DNA from: an uncultured Phycisphaerales bacterium
GTDB taxonomy: Bacteria > Planctomycetota > Phycisphaerae > Tepidisphaerales > Tepidisphaeraceae
NCBI GenBank assembly: GCA_963755915.1
Contig: CAVWLP010000002.1
Coordinates: forward strand, 3,456,001-3,520,000
Direction: 5' to 3'
DNA length: 64,000 bases
Of this stretch, positions 42,403 to 52,955 are shown in pieces. Below the pieces are notes generated by a model that was given only the letters and a program-made list of their open reading frames with translations, was not told the DNA's origin and ran no database searches. The translations under genes were made by a program, and so were the position numbers. The number at the start of each line of letters is the position of its first letter. Positions within the stretch are counted from its first letter, which is position 1.

Positions 42403-43493
42403 ATGAAGGGTCGATCGGCAAAAGGTTTTACGCTCGTGGAGCTTTTGGTTGTGATTGGAATTATCGCACTGCTCATTAGTATTTTGCTGCCGGCGCTCGC
42501 CAAGGCGCGCGAGCAGACCAATATCGTGAAATGCTCGTCAAACCTCCGCCAGATCGGACAGGCCATCGCCATTTATGAGGCCAATAGTTACGGCGCTTTG
42601 CCCCCGTCCAACTTTTACGTGGGGCTAAACATCAACCAATCCACCAGCCCGCCGACGCAGGGACCTTCAACGCCGGTGAATGGCTACGTTCATTGGTCCA
42701 GCCTCCTGTTCGCCAGCAATCTTGCCCAGTACGATCCCCGTTTCTACACCACCTCAGGCTGGGAAATGTTCCAGTGCCCCGATCTCATAAATGGCGGCGT
42801 TCCGCCCGCAAACACCTATCCCTCTAACAGCGACGGTCTTCCCAACGAAGCGCCCCCGAATGCTAGCGGACAGCCGGTCATCGACATGCAGGCACCAGAA
42901 TGTCGTACATGCTCAACGAGGCGCTCACCCCCCGCAGCATTTTCGTCGCCGGCTTCCGCAGCGCAGCGCGCCCTTATATCTTCGTCAAAGCAGGGAGCGT
43001 GAGTAATAGCGCAGGCACGATCCTGGCCACCGAGATGTGGGGAATTCAGACGATTATGCAGTCTACGTCAAACATTAGCTCAGGTGTCTATGTGAGCAAT
43101 AGCCGCCGTCCGGTGAGCGGAATCAGCGTAAAGGAGACTGCGGTTAGCGCCGTAAATTCCCCCGATCACGCCTACCTGCTGCCAATCGGCAACTCATTCG
43201 GGTGGGCGCAGCTCAAGGACATGAATCCGAATCCCGGTATTGTTAACTCCGCCGTAACCACCCCGGACACCACCCTCGATTTTGTCGGGCGAAACCATGG
43301 CTCAATCGGAGCGAAGTTCGGAAACATAACCTACACGCAGCCCAACGGCACCGTGACAACGATCTCCGGCTGGGACATGCGCACGTCCAACTTCCTCTAC
43401 CTCGATGGTCATGTCGAAAACAAGAACGTCGCCGACACCGTCTATCCGCAGGATCAATGGGGCGCAAAGTTCTACAGCCTCCCTCCCTATTGA
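42403..43493 (+). CDS. Prepilin-type / H-X9-DG (DUF1559-like) protein (frameshift near 42895)
   Basis: [46 protein letters not shown]. Confidence 0.9.
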
Positions 43494-43627
43494 TCAAAAA
43501 AGTTGCGAATTGCAGCCCCGTAAGTTGCGAGTAAATGCTCCCGCCATTTGCTCGTAACTTGCATTAATGATCTCTAACTTCAGATTGAGGGCTTTTATTT
43601 TCAGGAGGATGAACTAGAGTATCGCGC

Positions 43628-44536
43628 ATGTCGCGGGTGGAAGATCTTCAGAAACGCTTCGGAGTGAATGGAGTTGTGAAGGTTGAAGCGGGGAAGGGGG
43701 ATCTGCCACGGATCGTCGCCACCGCGGCGCGCGGCTCAGCCGAGATATATCTCTTCGGCGCCCACGTCGCCCATTTTCAGCCGCGCGGGGCCTCGCCCGT
43801 ATTATTCATGAGCAAGCACAGCGCTTTCGACGGCAAAAAGCCCATCCGCGGCGGTGTGCCGATTGTCTTTCCCTGGTTCGGGCCCAGGGAGGATAAGCCG
43901 GAGCTTCCGCCCCATGGCGTCGCCCGCACCCGCGATTGGGACATCGAATCCTGCGACGCCCGCGGCGATGGCTCCGTCCGCATCGTCCTCGGCACCGCCA
44001 GCGACGAACAGACCATGAAGCTCTGGCCCTTCGCTTTCGAGCTGCGCTTCATCGTCGTGGTTTCCGATTCCCTCGATATGACCCTCGAAGTCAGGAACGT
44101 CAACAAGCAGCCCTTCGAATTTGAAGAAGCCCTGCACTCCTATTTCAACATTGGAAACATCGAAAGCGTCTCCGTCGAGGGACTGTCCGGCTCGGAATAT
44201 CTAGACCGCGCGGATGGCGAAAAGCGCAAAAAGCAGCCCGATGAGCCCATCCGATTCACCGGCGAGACCGACCGCCTCTATTACAGCAGCGCTCCCCGCG
44301 TGCTCATCAAAGATCCCGCGCTCAAGCGGACGATTGCAATCGAAAAGTCACGCTCCAATGCCACCGTCACCTGGAATCCCTGGGCAGACAAGGCCGCCGC
44401 CATGAAAGACCTCGGCGCCGACCAGTGGCAGCAGATGGTCTGCGTCGAAACCGCCAACGCCCGCGACGCCAAGGTGAAGCTGCCCGGCGGGTCGATCCAT
44501 CGCATGGGCGCCCGAATCTCGGTTGAAAATTTGTAA
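43628..44536 (+). CDS. D-hexose-6-phosphate mutarotase (aldose 1-epimerase family)
   Basis: PIRGGVPIVFPWFG, HGVAR, EALHSYF, WNPW, MVCVE. Confidence 0.92.
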   Translation: MSRVEDLQKRFGVNGVVKVEAGKGDLPRIVATAARGSAEIYLFGAHVAHFQPRGASPVLFMSKHSAFDGKKPIRGGVPIVFPWFGPREDKPELPPHGVARTRDWDIESCDARGDGSVRIVLGTASDEQTMKLWPFAFELRFIVVVSDSLDMTLEVRNVNKQPFEFEEALHSYFNIGNIESVSVEGLSGSEYLDRADGEKRKKQPDEPIRFTGETDRLYYSSAPRVLIKDPALKRTIAIEKSRSNATVTWNPWADKAAAMKDLGADQWQQMVCVETANARDAKVKLPGGSIHRMGARISVENL

Positions 44537-44571
44537 TTCGAAAGACCCAACAATTTCGAAAGGAGTCGATC

Positions 44572-45266
44572 ATGAACAATCGCGTCGCAATCATTACTGG
44601 CGCCGGACGCGGGATCGGCCGGGCGACGGCCGTCGAGCTCGCCCAATCCGAATACCGACTCGCACTCATCTCCCGAAACGCCGGCGAGCTCGATGAAACC
44701 CGAAAAATCTGCGGCGAAGAGGTCGAAAGATTCGTCTGCGACGTCTCCGATCCCGCCAAGGTCGATCGCATGATCGACGATGTCCTAAAACGCTTTGGCC
44801 GCATCGACGCCCTGGTCCACTGCGCCGGGCTGGGGATGGTCCGCACCGTCGAGAAAATGACCCCCGAAGAATGGCGGGCGACGATTGATACGAATCTCTC
44901 CTCCGTCTTCTATCTCTGCCACCGGCTCTGGCCGGTCTTCCGCAAGCACGGTGGTGGGGTGGTCGTGAATGTATCCTCCTACGCAGGCCGCGATCCATTT
45001 CCCGGCCTCGGCCCCTACGGCGCCGCCAAGGCCGGGATGAATCTCCTGGGCCTCGCCCTCTCCGCGAGGGAGCCGAGATCGGCGTGCGCGTACATACGGT
45101 TGCCCCCGCGGCGACAGAGACCGCCATGCTCCGCGCCAGTTTTTCCGAAGAGCAGATACCACGCGACAAAGTGCTGCCGCCCAGCGAGGTGGCGAAGGTG
45201 ATTGTCCAGTGCGTTTGCGGAGATCTGGGCTGCACCAGCGGCGAAGTGATCTACGTCCACAAGTAA
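44572..45266 (+). CDS. SDR family oxidoreductase (frameshift near 65 codons from the end)
   Basis: TGAGRGIG, NVSS, YGAAK. Confidence 0.88.
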
Positions 45267-45391
45267 GCACGCCCTGCGCCTTCAACTTCCCGAGCGCCTT
45301 TACCCCCGCCTCCGGTATTCCGGGGGAGGGATCGGGAGGGGGCCGCCTCGCGAAAGATCGCCCCAAATATCTTCTCGCCCAATCTCCTCCA

Positions 45392-45712
45392 TCAATCAAG
45401 ATGAAACACTTCCTCCAGCACTTCCAGCGAAGTATCCGCCGCCCCCGTCCCCAGCGTCGTAAAAAAATCCTTCATCGCCGCCTGCCAGCGGACATTCACA
45501 TCTTCCCCCTGCATCCCCTCCACCGCCTTTTTAAAGTCCGGCGTCTCCACATATCCAACCAGCAGCCCATCCGATTTAAGGAAGAGCGAATAATTCGTCC
45601 ACCCATGCCGGCTCAGCGCCCCCAGCATTTCCGGCCAGACTGATTTATGCGCGCTCTTATATTCCCCGAGCCGATTAGGCTTTACGCGTAACAGAAAACA
45701 GACTCGCTGCAT
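45392..45712 (-). CDS. rhaM: L-rhamnose mutarotase
   Basis: EYKSAH..VWPEML..NYSLFL..WQ..M..LEEVFHLD. Confidence 0.9.
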   Translation of the reverse strand: MQRVCFLLRVKPNRLGEYKSAHKSVWPEMLGALSRHGWTNYSLFLKSDGLLVGYVETPDFKKAVEGMQGEDVNVRWQAAMKDFFTTLGTGAADTSLEVLEEVFHLD

Positions 45713-45838
45713 GAATTCTCCAATCTTTTTCGGCATTATCCGAATGACCTCAAATCGATTCAAGCGCAGTTGCCGCGCCCTCAGGGGGTTACGTTTCCCC
45801 AATGGACCCCTCAACTTTCCCTGACTATGATGCCCCCT

Positions 45839-46954
45839 ATGAATGAACGGATTCGCGTTGGAGTAATCGGTTGCGGCGCCATCAGCGGGCGCTATTTACA
45901 GACCAGCCGCAATTTCCCCATCCTGGAGATTGCCGCCTGCGCCGATCTGAATCGCGAAGCCGCCGAGCGCAAGGCGGCCGATTACGCGGTCCCCAGGGTT
46001 CTTAGCGTCGACGAGCTCCTCGCCGACAAATCGATCGACCTGGTCCTGAATCTCACCGTCCCCAAGGCCCACATGCCCATCTGCATGGCCGCCCTCGAAA
46101 ACGGCAAGCACGTCTACGTCGAAAAACCCCTCGCCGTCACCCGCGAAGACGGCCAAACGATTTTGCACGAGGCTCAGCGCCGCAAGCTTCAGGTCGGCTG
46201 CGCCCCCGACACCTTCCTCGGCTGGGGCCTTCAAACCGCGCGCAAGGCGATCGACGAAGGAATCATCGGCCGCCCCGTCAGTTTCCTCGCCTTCATGATG
46301 TGTCCCGGCCACGAGCACTGGCACCCCAGCCCGGAATTCTACTACGAAGCTGGCGGTGGCCCCATGCTCGACATGGGCCCATACTATCTCACCGCTCTCC
46401 TAAATTGCCTCGGCCCTGTGCGCCGCCTGACCGGCCTCTCCGCCATCGAAATCCCCGAGCGCACCATCACCAGCGAAACGAAAAAGGGAAAGAAAATCAA
46501 AGTCGAAACCCCCGACCATGTCATCGGCAGCATCGAGTTCCAGCAGGGCGCCGTCGGCTCCATCGTCATGAGCTTCGCCACCCGCTTCGCCCAGTACGAC
46601 GGCAAAACCCCCATCACAATTTTCGGAACCGAGGGCACGATGCTCCTCCCCGACCCCAACGGCTTCGGTGGCCCCGTAAAAGTCCGGCGCAACGAAGACT
46701 CAGAATTCCGCGAAATTCCGCCGGTCTTCGAACACGTCTACGAGCGCTCAGTCGGCCTCGCCGAGATGGCCTGGGCCATCGCCAATTCCCGCACCCCCCG
46801 CTCCAGCGGCCAGCAGGGTCTCGCCGTCCTCGACCTGATGCTGGGATTCCTGGACTCCTCAACCGACGGAAAAGCCTATCGCCCCGTCGTCAGCTATACC
46901 CGCCCCGACCCCCTCGCGCCCAAAGTTCCCTTCGGCGGATTCGACCCCGCATAG
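45839..46954 (+). CDS. Gfo/Idh/MocA family oxidoreductase
   Basis: GVIGCG, EKPLA, GCAPDTFLG, DMGPYY. Confidence 0.92.
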   Translation: MNERIRVGVIGCGAISGRYLQTSRNFPILEIAACADLNREAAERKAADYAVPRVLSVDELLADKSIDLVLNLTVPKAHMPICMAALENGKHVYVEKPLAVTREDGQTILHEAQRRKLQVGCAPDTFLGWGLQTARKAIDEGIIGRPVSFLAFMMCPGHEHWHPSPEFYYEAGGGPMLDMGPYYLTALLNCLGPVRRLTGLSAIEIPERTITSETKKGKKIKVETPDHVIGSIEFQQGAVGSIVMSFATRFAQYDGKTPITIFGTEGTMLLPDPNGFGGPVKVRRNEDSEFREIPPVFEHVYERSVGLAEMAWAIANSRTPRSSGQQGLAVLDLMLGFLDSSTDGKAYRPVVSYTRPDPLAPKVPFGGFDPA

Positions 46955-46990
46955 CGCGAAATTCGAAACTCAATTATCCCCTCCCCTGGT

Positions 46991-47052
46991 AAAATTCGAA
47001 ATTTTAAATTTTAAATTTTAAATTCAAAATTCAAGATTCAAAATTCCAATTT
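46991..47052. repeat. AT-rich heptamer tandem repeat (AAATTTT/AAATTC.)
   Basis: About 8 degenerate 7-mers between convergent genes. Confidence 0.8.
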
Positions 47053-47054
47053 CC

Positions 47055-47543
47055 CTACCCCGTATTCCCCTCCAGGTTCTCCATAAGCCCCCCAATCGTC
47101 ATCTGCAACACCGGATGCACCGCCCCCGGCGCAATCTCCGCCAGCGGCTCAAGCACAAACCTTCGCTCGTGCATCAGCGGGTGCGGTACCACCAACTCCT
47201 GGCTGCTGATGATCTGATCCCCAAACAGCAGAATATCAATATCAATCGTTCGCGGCTCCCATTTATGAACCCGCGTCCGCCCCAAACCCTTTTCAATCTC
47301 AAGCGTCCGATGCAGCAGCGCATGCGAGCCAAGTGTAGTACTAATTTCCGCCGCCCCATTCAAAAACGCCGGCGACCCAGCCGGCCCACCCACCGCCGGA
47401 TTCTCCAGCAGCGATGAAACCCGGGTAATCGAAACACCATCCGTGGATCCCAGCGCCGCCAGGGCCGCTCGGATATTTTCTTCCCGGTCGCCGAGATTGG
47501 CCCCAAGGCCCAGATATGCGATGACCGCCGGTTGAACGCGCAT
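47055..47543 (-). CDS. folK: 2-amino-4-hydroxy-6-hydroxymethyldihydropteridine diphosphokinase
   Basis: LGLGANLGD, PRTIDIDILL, PHPLMHERRFVL. Confidence 0.95.
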   Translation of the reverse strand: MRVQPAVIAYLGLGANLGDREENIRAALAALGSTDGVSITRVSSLLENPAVGGPAGSPAFLNGAAEISTTLGSHALLHRTLEIEKGLGRTRVHKWEPRTIDIDILLFGDQIISSQELVVPHPLMHERRFVLEPLAEIAPGAVHPVLQMTIGGLMENLEGNTG

Positions 47544-47549
47544 GCGATT

Positions 47550-48994
47550 TCAATTCCCCGCCGAGAGCGGAAATTCCTCGTCCCGCAGCGGAATCTGCAC
47601 GTATCGCCCAGGATCCCCCTCGTTCAGCGCGTTGACGATTCCGTTGACGCTCCCCAGATCGACCGAGGTCTTCTCTCCGCTCGCCGTGTCGTAAACCGTG
47701 CGATACCCGCGGATCACTTCATCGAAGTCGGCATTCGACCGGTCCTGGATCAGCTCGTCGTGCTGGATGGATTTCAGATACCCATCGAAGGCGTCTTCCT
47801 TCTCCTGCATCGAATGCTCGAAGGCGCAGAATCGCGCATTGGATGCCGCGATATCCTGCTGCGTGTGCTGCCCCAGCACCGCGTTGTCCAGCTTCCACGA
47901 TTGCGAAATCTCAATCATCAGCGGCAGATCCACGTCAAACGAACTATCCGGCCCCGTGATAACGCTGGCAAAAAGCCCCCACGTCCCATTGCCGATCGGA
48001 TAGCACTCAATCTGCGCCCACGCCCGGTAATGAATCGCCTGCCCGTTCAGCGAATGCGTCGTGCGAAAATAAATCCGCGCCGCCTGCCCCCCAGGCAGCT
48101 CCGCCTGCACCGGCGTAGACTGCATGATCTCATCCAGATCGATCCCCGGCCCCCCGCGCGCCTGCGACATATCGCTGAGCTGCGGCGAGAGATTCTTCAG
48201 CGCATCCTGCGGCCCCGTAAACGGCGCCACCAGCATCCGCGTCGCCGGCGTAAGCTGCCCCGTCGCCGCAAGCTGATTCTGCACCGCCGCCCCCATCGAG
48301 TTCGGCGTCACCACTTCAAACCCCGCCCCCAAACTGATCGATTGCCCCGCCGGCCCCGCAAGCGACACCGACCCAATATTGCTCGCGCTGACAATCTTCC
48401 AGTCCGGCGGAATCGAAATCGTCCCCACCCCATCCCCAAACGATTCCTCCTTCATCTGCGTATCCGCAGGTAGCGCCGCGGCAAGCTTATTCCACTCGGC
48501 AGCCGGCGCGTCGGCGGAGTCGTAAAGAATCGTAATCGCCGCCCCTTTCTCGCCGATCCCGCAGAATATAGTCCCCTGCACCGCTCGCGCGTGCAGCGAC
48601 CCCGAAAACGTCGCCCCCCCGCGCCGATGCTCATGCGCATCCGCAAACGCGCCCAGCACGGTTGGCTTCGAATCCAGCACCCGGCTCATATCCCGCAGCG
48701 CCGAGAGGATCGCCGCCTGCGGCGTAGTCGCATCCGATTTCTGCGCGAACATCGTATTTCCAACGCCCGCCGAGGCCAGCATCGTATATCCCAGAGACGT
48801 TGGATCGGAATCAGACGGCCCCTGGCGCTGGGGCTTGGCGCGGAAGATAGCGCCTGTGACTGCACGGTCGGTGCCGCGCCGGCCGCCGAGACGTCCGAGT
48901 TTTGAAACCCCGCCCGGATTGCAAAGATAACGCCAAGGATAAGCAAAACCACAAACCCCCCGGCTCCGCCGAGGAGGAGAAATTTGCTGCGCAT
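47550..48994 (-). CDS. Hypothetical membrane-anchored exported protein (frameshift near 48840)
   Basis: MRSKFLLLGG TM anchor, then long ORF ending FDEVIRGYRTVYD. Confidence 0.6.
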
Positions 48995-49157
48995 GTCGGA
49001 CTCCGTTGTGACCCCCAAATACTAACACGCCCTCCCGCCCCTTGCGAGTGAACTCCCTCAAAGCCCCCTCCCGTTTAGCCGCGCCCCGCAGGGAAGCGCG
49101 TCCCTCAGCAGCGCCCTCCGACTTCCGCAACCCGCGCCGAGCAACTCCCCTCCCCCC

Positions 49158-49292
49158 AAAATACCCTCCCCCCAAAATCCCCCCGACGACCATCGGGGGG
49201 CCTCCCACAAAAACCCGAGCCCGCCGCGCGACCCCCATCCCCCAACCGACTCCCATACCAAAGCTGTGGGGTGCTCGCACCCACAGAAACAC
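49158..49292. repeat. ~135-bp structured repeat, copy 1 (copy 2 at 50233-50392)
   Basis: Shared CCATCGGGGG.CCTCCCACAAAAA, CCCATACCAAAGCTGTGGG and GTGCTCGCACCCACAGAAA; copy 2 has a 23-bp insert. Confidence 0.8.
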
Positions 49293-49602
49293 CCCGGAAC
49301 CCACAACTCCTCCCATACTCGCGCACAAAATGGGGAAGCGCGATTCAAAGACATCCTCTCTCCCTGTGTAGCCGCCCCCGCCTGACTTCGGTGAGCTGTG
49401 TCGAACCGCGGGGCGCGTCTTTCGATGTCCACAAATCGCAGTCCCTCATTTTGCACTCCCACCAATTCTTCAATCTCCCAAACACGATCGGTCAGCCCTC
49501 ACGTCGCGCCTCTTCCGCATGACGCGCTATGCCGCTCCCCTTCACACGCCTGATCGTCGCCTCTCAAATTTCCCCGGAATTCGGTGGTGGGTCAGTTTGA
49601 AA

Positions 49603-49881
49603 TTAAATTCTATTTTTGCGCAATCGAGATAAGCACGCGAGGATTAAATCAATTAACGACGCAACCCATGCGAACATTAGGATCGTGCCAATCGGTGCGA
49701 GGATCAACCCTTCTTCGGAACCACCAAGTATCATCAGGCTCGCCAACAGAACAATGGCGACCAGGCCGCACGAAAAGAGGATGAAACATTTCAAAGGCCC
49801 GCTTACGGAGGAGCGCGGACCGTGAGGAGGAGGAGAAGGAGGAGGAGGAGAGCGATAGTCGAGCGGATTAATCTCCGGCAT
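49603..49881 (-). CDS. Cassette gene 1: small 2-TM protein (PLDY N-terminus)
   Basis: 92 aa; stop codon abuts the terminal repeat. Confidence 0.75.
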   Translation of the reverse strand: MPEINPLDYRSPPPPSPPPHGPRSSVSGPLKCFILFSCGLVAIVLLASLMILGGSEEGLILAPIGTILMFAWVASLIDLILACLSRLRKNRI

Positions 49882-50054
49882 TCCCCCAAATACTAATCGG
49901 TCAACCCCACCAATTCTTCAAGCTCCCGAGTGTAATTGGCCGGCGCGCATTGCTATCGCACATGCCCCTTTTTACCCCTCGCCCGGTACTCCGGGAGAGG
50001 GTTGGGGGTGAGGGTCTTCAGCATTTTTCACTCTACACGCGATTGCTCCGGGTC

Positions 50055-50228
50055 AACCCGCCCGCACCGCTACCGTGACGCGAAGCCCGCGGTGAATCCG
50101 GCAGCAGTTGCAGTGCATGAAGTGAAGCGCAACCATCGCCGCATGATCCTCGATTTATTTTGAAAAGGCATTCGTCAGGTGCGCAAATCGCCGTATCAAC
50201 ATCCCCATGACCAAATTAACGCGCTCAA
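50055..50228 (-). pseudogene. IS1-family-like transposase fragment
   Basis: ERVNLVMGMLIRRFAHLTNAFSK..IEDHAAMVALHFMHCNCCRIHRGLRVT. Confidence 0.75.
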
Positions 50229-50528
50229 AGGCAAAACACCCTTCCCCCCAAAGCCCCCCGATGGCCATCGGGGGCCTCCCACAAAAAACCTCCGCTCCGT
50301 CACGCGACACCAGTTCCCCACCGCGCCCCCATACCAAAGCTGTGGGACTTCGGCGAGCTCAGTCGAGCCGTGCTCGCACCCACAGAAATCCCCACCCTGC
50401 ACCTAAAGATTTCAGCCCCCCGGAACGCCCACGGACTTCGGTGAGCTCAGTCGAACCGCGCTGCCGTGAGAAATTTCCAAATGCCCTCACCGACCGAAAT
50501 TGACCCGCCGCGCAAATTTCGGTTGTGG

Positions 50529-51155
50529 TCAATTAGAAATCGATTCCTTTTTCGAAGGAATCGTTCCGCATTCCGGACATCGCTCCGGCGTAGCGCGCAC
50601 GTCGTAGCCGCAGTTTACGCATTGGCCCAACGCCCCGCGCTGCCGTCTTCGCCGAATCCCGATGATTGCCACTACTGATGGGTACAACGAAAGCCCTATC
50701 AAGAACCAGTGCGGTACCGACACCGTGTCGATTCGGGAACTTTCAAATCCATTCCAGGGAAAGTCATCGCGCTCCCAATGAAACCCTATTCGATTCCAAA
50801 TCAGACTCGCGAAAGGCCCAAAAGCAGGTCCAGACTCATGATGGAAACCAGGATTGCTATCATATGGCATCAGGGCGAGACCAGGCTCAACATCGTTGCT
50901 GAGCGACAGAAAAGGAGGAAACGGATTTGAACCCGGCGGAGACGAAAACTGCATCGGCTCGTACTCGACCAAAATGCAGCCTCGGTTTGACTCCAATATA
51001 TAATTGGTCCAACGAGTTCCTCCGACATCGTGCGTGGGGTAACTTAGCTCGTCGAACCGCCAATAACTCCGCGCCCAGAAAGCCGCCGCCAGCACACTAA
51101 CTCCCAGTGACAACAACGCGAGCGCAGCTAACGACCATTGGTGATGCCGTCTCAT
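50529..51155 (-). CDS. Cassette gene 2: 2-TM protein with C-terminal Zn ribbon
   Basis: WARSY..VPHWF..CVNCGYDVRATPERCPECG..ISN*. Confidence 0.85.
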   Translation of the reverse strand: MRRHHQWSLAALALLSLGVSVLAAAFWARSYWRFDELSYPTHDVGGTRWTNYILESNRGCILVEYEPMQFSSPPGSNPFPPFLSLSNDVEPGLALMPYDSNPGFHHESGPAFGPFASLIWNRIGFHWERDDFPWNGFESSRIDTVSVPHWFLIGLSLYPSVVAIIGIRRRRQRGALGQCVNCGYDVRATPERCPECGTIPSKKESISN

Positions 51156-51269
51156 CGAATGGGATTGTACCGCGTCTCAGTCGATCAGCTTCAGCAAATC
51201 CTCAATCTCCCAAACCGTATTAGATTGGCCAGTGGCCGGAATTCGAAAGTAGGTCAGTTTGAAATAAAA

Positions 51270-51788
51270 TTACTCTTTCGACAGTATTGTCCCGCATTCC
51301 GGGCAACGGTCGGGTGTGGCGCGTAGGTCGTAGCCACAAGAGGAACACATGCTTTGCACCTTAGTTCGCCGACGCCAAAACGAAATCGCAAATATCGCCG
51401 GAAAAACCGCCAGTAAAAGAGAAATGAACCAATCGGGGGTCTGCAAATGATAAAAGACGGAGGGAGCGGCTTTTGGAAAATAAGCGTCTGTTTGAATGAG
51501 TCGCTGGTAACGAAATCCCGAATCTCCCAGATTCGACTTTATCAATCTCGCTAGATCGGTGTCCCATCGCTCGTGTCGCCAATAGAAGCTATACCCGGCA
51601 GATCTATCGAGAATGTCGAAGTTCATCGAAACGAGCCCCAAATTGCTGCGAGCGACGATTTGATAATTTCCTTCCTTTCTGACCAGCATGTCCCAGCGCA
51701 GGTAACTGCGAATCCACAAAGCAATCATCGCAACGCACAGCACCAACGAGCCCGTCGCAATCGTATTGAATAACCGCCGCCGCTTCAT
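51270..51788 (-). CDS. Cassette gene 3: 2-TM protein with C-terminal Zn ribbon
   Basis: WIRSY..TPDWF..CSSCGYDLRATPDRCPECG. Confidence 0.85.
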   Translation of the reverse strand: MKRRRLFNTIATGSLVLCVAMIALWIRSYLRWDMLVRKEGNYQIVARSNLGLVSMNFDILDRSAGYSFYWRHERWDTDLARLIKSNLGDSGFRYQRLIQTDAYFPKAAPSVFYHLQTPDWFISLLLAVFPAIFAISFWRRRTKVQSMCSSCGYDLRATPDRCPECGTILSKE

Positions 51789-51887
51789 TTGCGGGAATTG
51801 TACCGCCCCTCAGTCGATCGTCCCCACCAATTCCTCAAGCTCACAAACATGATCGGCCAGCACCGCCGGTAGCGGGTCAGTTTCAAA

Positions 51888-52205
51888 TTATTTCGTGTTT
51901 TCTGTGAGTTTTGGAAGCGAGCGTAGACCTCTAACCAACTTCCAGGCACGCCAGATTACATAAAGAAATATCGCGATGCCGCAAAGCAGAAAACGCCACC
52001 CTAGTTCTTCGAAATGTTCCTTCTGAGGTTTCAGCGGGGTCGTGGAGGCAGCCCCAAAGTAATCCAGAGCGCCTAGGAGCAACCAAAACCCTATGAAAAA
52101 CGGAATCGACAGTAAAATCGCTTTTACGACGGGATAATGATTGTCATCGCGCCGTGTCGTATCTGGCGAGGCATAAGAAAGTGGTTCCATTGGCTTGTCT
52201 GCCAC
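51888..52205 (-). CDS. Cassette gene 4: small 2-TM protein (PLSY N-terminus)
   Basis: 105 aa; stop codon abuts the terminal repeat. Confidence 0.75.
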   Translation of the reverse strand: MADKPMEPLSYASPDTTRRDDNHYPVVKAILLSIPFFIGFWLLLGALDYFGAASTTPLKPQKEHFEELGWRFLLCGIAIFLYVIWRAWKLVRGLRSLPKLTENTK

Positions 52206-52375
52206 ACCTCAAAATACTACCGCAAAAGCCCCACCAATTCCCCGATCCACCAAACATCATTAATGCAGCCGTCACGTCACGCCTCTTCCGCTTGACGCGC
52301 TATGCGGCTCGCGATCACACGCCGGATTGTCGCCTGTCAAGTTTCTCCGGATTCCGGTAGTGGGTCAGTTTGAAA

Positions 52376-52786
52376 TTAAATAGTTTTTTCGACGGTTTTT
52401 CCGCATTCGGGGCAACGGTCCGGCGTGGTGCGGAGGTCGTAGCCACAGTCTCGACATGAGCCCGGAAGAATACGAGTAGCTTGCGCTTCACGGTATCGCA
52501 ACACGACCCAGCAGAGGGGGAGTGTTATCGTCGAAATGAAGGCTATACCAACCGGAATGCGCCATCCCAATGCGGGGAAGAATGGCCGAACGTGGGCAAG
52601 CGACGTGTCTTGATAGGTGAATACCCAGACGCCGTTCACATCGGTCGTTGTCATGGTTGTAGGAAGTGGCGGAGGCAAAGCGACAGGGCGTCTGAAGATA
52701 TAAACCCTATCGTAGACGAGGCCCACAAAGAGCAACAACGAAATGGCCGCAAGCCCGTTGAATACTTGTCGGCGGAAGCGTTTCAT
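52376..52786 (-). CDS. Cassette gene 5: 2-TM protein with C-terminal Zn ribbon
   Basis: CRDCGYDLRTTPDRCPECG; stop abuts a perfect repeat copy. Confidence 0.85.
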   Translation of the reverse strand: MKRFRRQVFNGLAAISLLLFVGLVYDRVYIFRRPVALPPPLPTTMTTTDVNGVWVFTYQDTSLAHVRPFFPALGWRIPVGIAFISTITLPLCWVVLRYREAQATRILPGSCRDCGYDLRTTPDRCPECGKTVEKTI

Positions 52787-52807
52787 CGCCGGAAATTGTA
52801 CCGCGCT

Positions 52808-52955
52808 TCAGTCAATCAGCTTCAGTAATTCCTCAATCTCCCAAACATGGTCGGCCAGCCCCGCCTGCATTGCTGGCGTCACGCGAAGCGTCTGCTGAAC
52901 CCGACAGTAATTGTAGTACATGAAGTGCAGGGCAACTTGCGCCGCGTGATTCAGT
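52808..52955 (-). pseudogene. IS1-family-like transposase 3' fragment
   Basis: NHAAQVALHFMYYNYCRVQQTLRVTPAMQAGLADHVWEIEELLKLID*. Confidence 0.85.

Noticed and set aside
48995-49328. N-terminal extension of the 592-aa ORF 47550-49328
   Set aside because: It reads through intergenic repeats. The plausible start is MRSKFLLLGG at 48994, joined by a frameshift.
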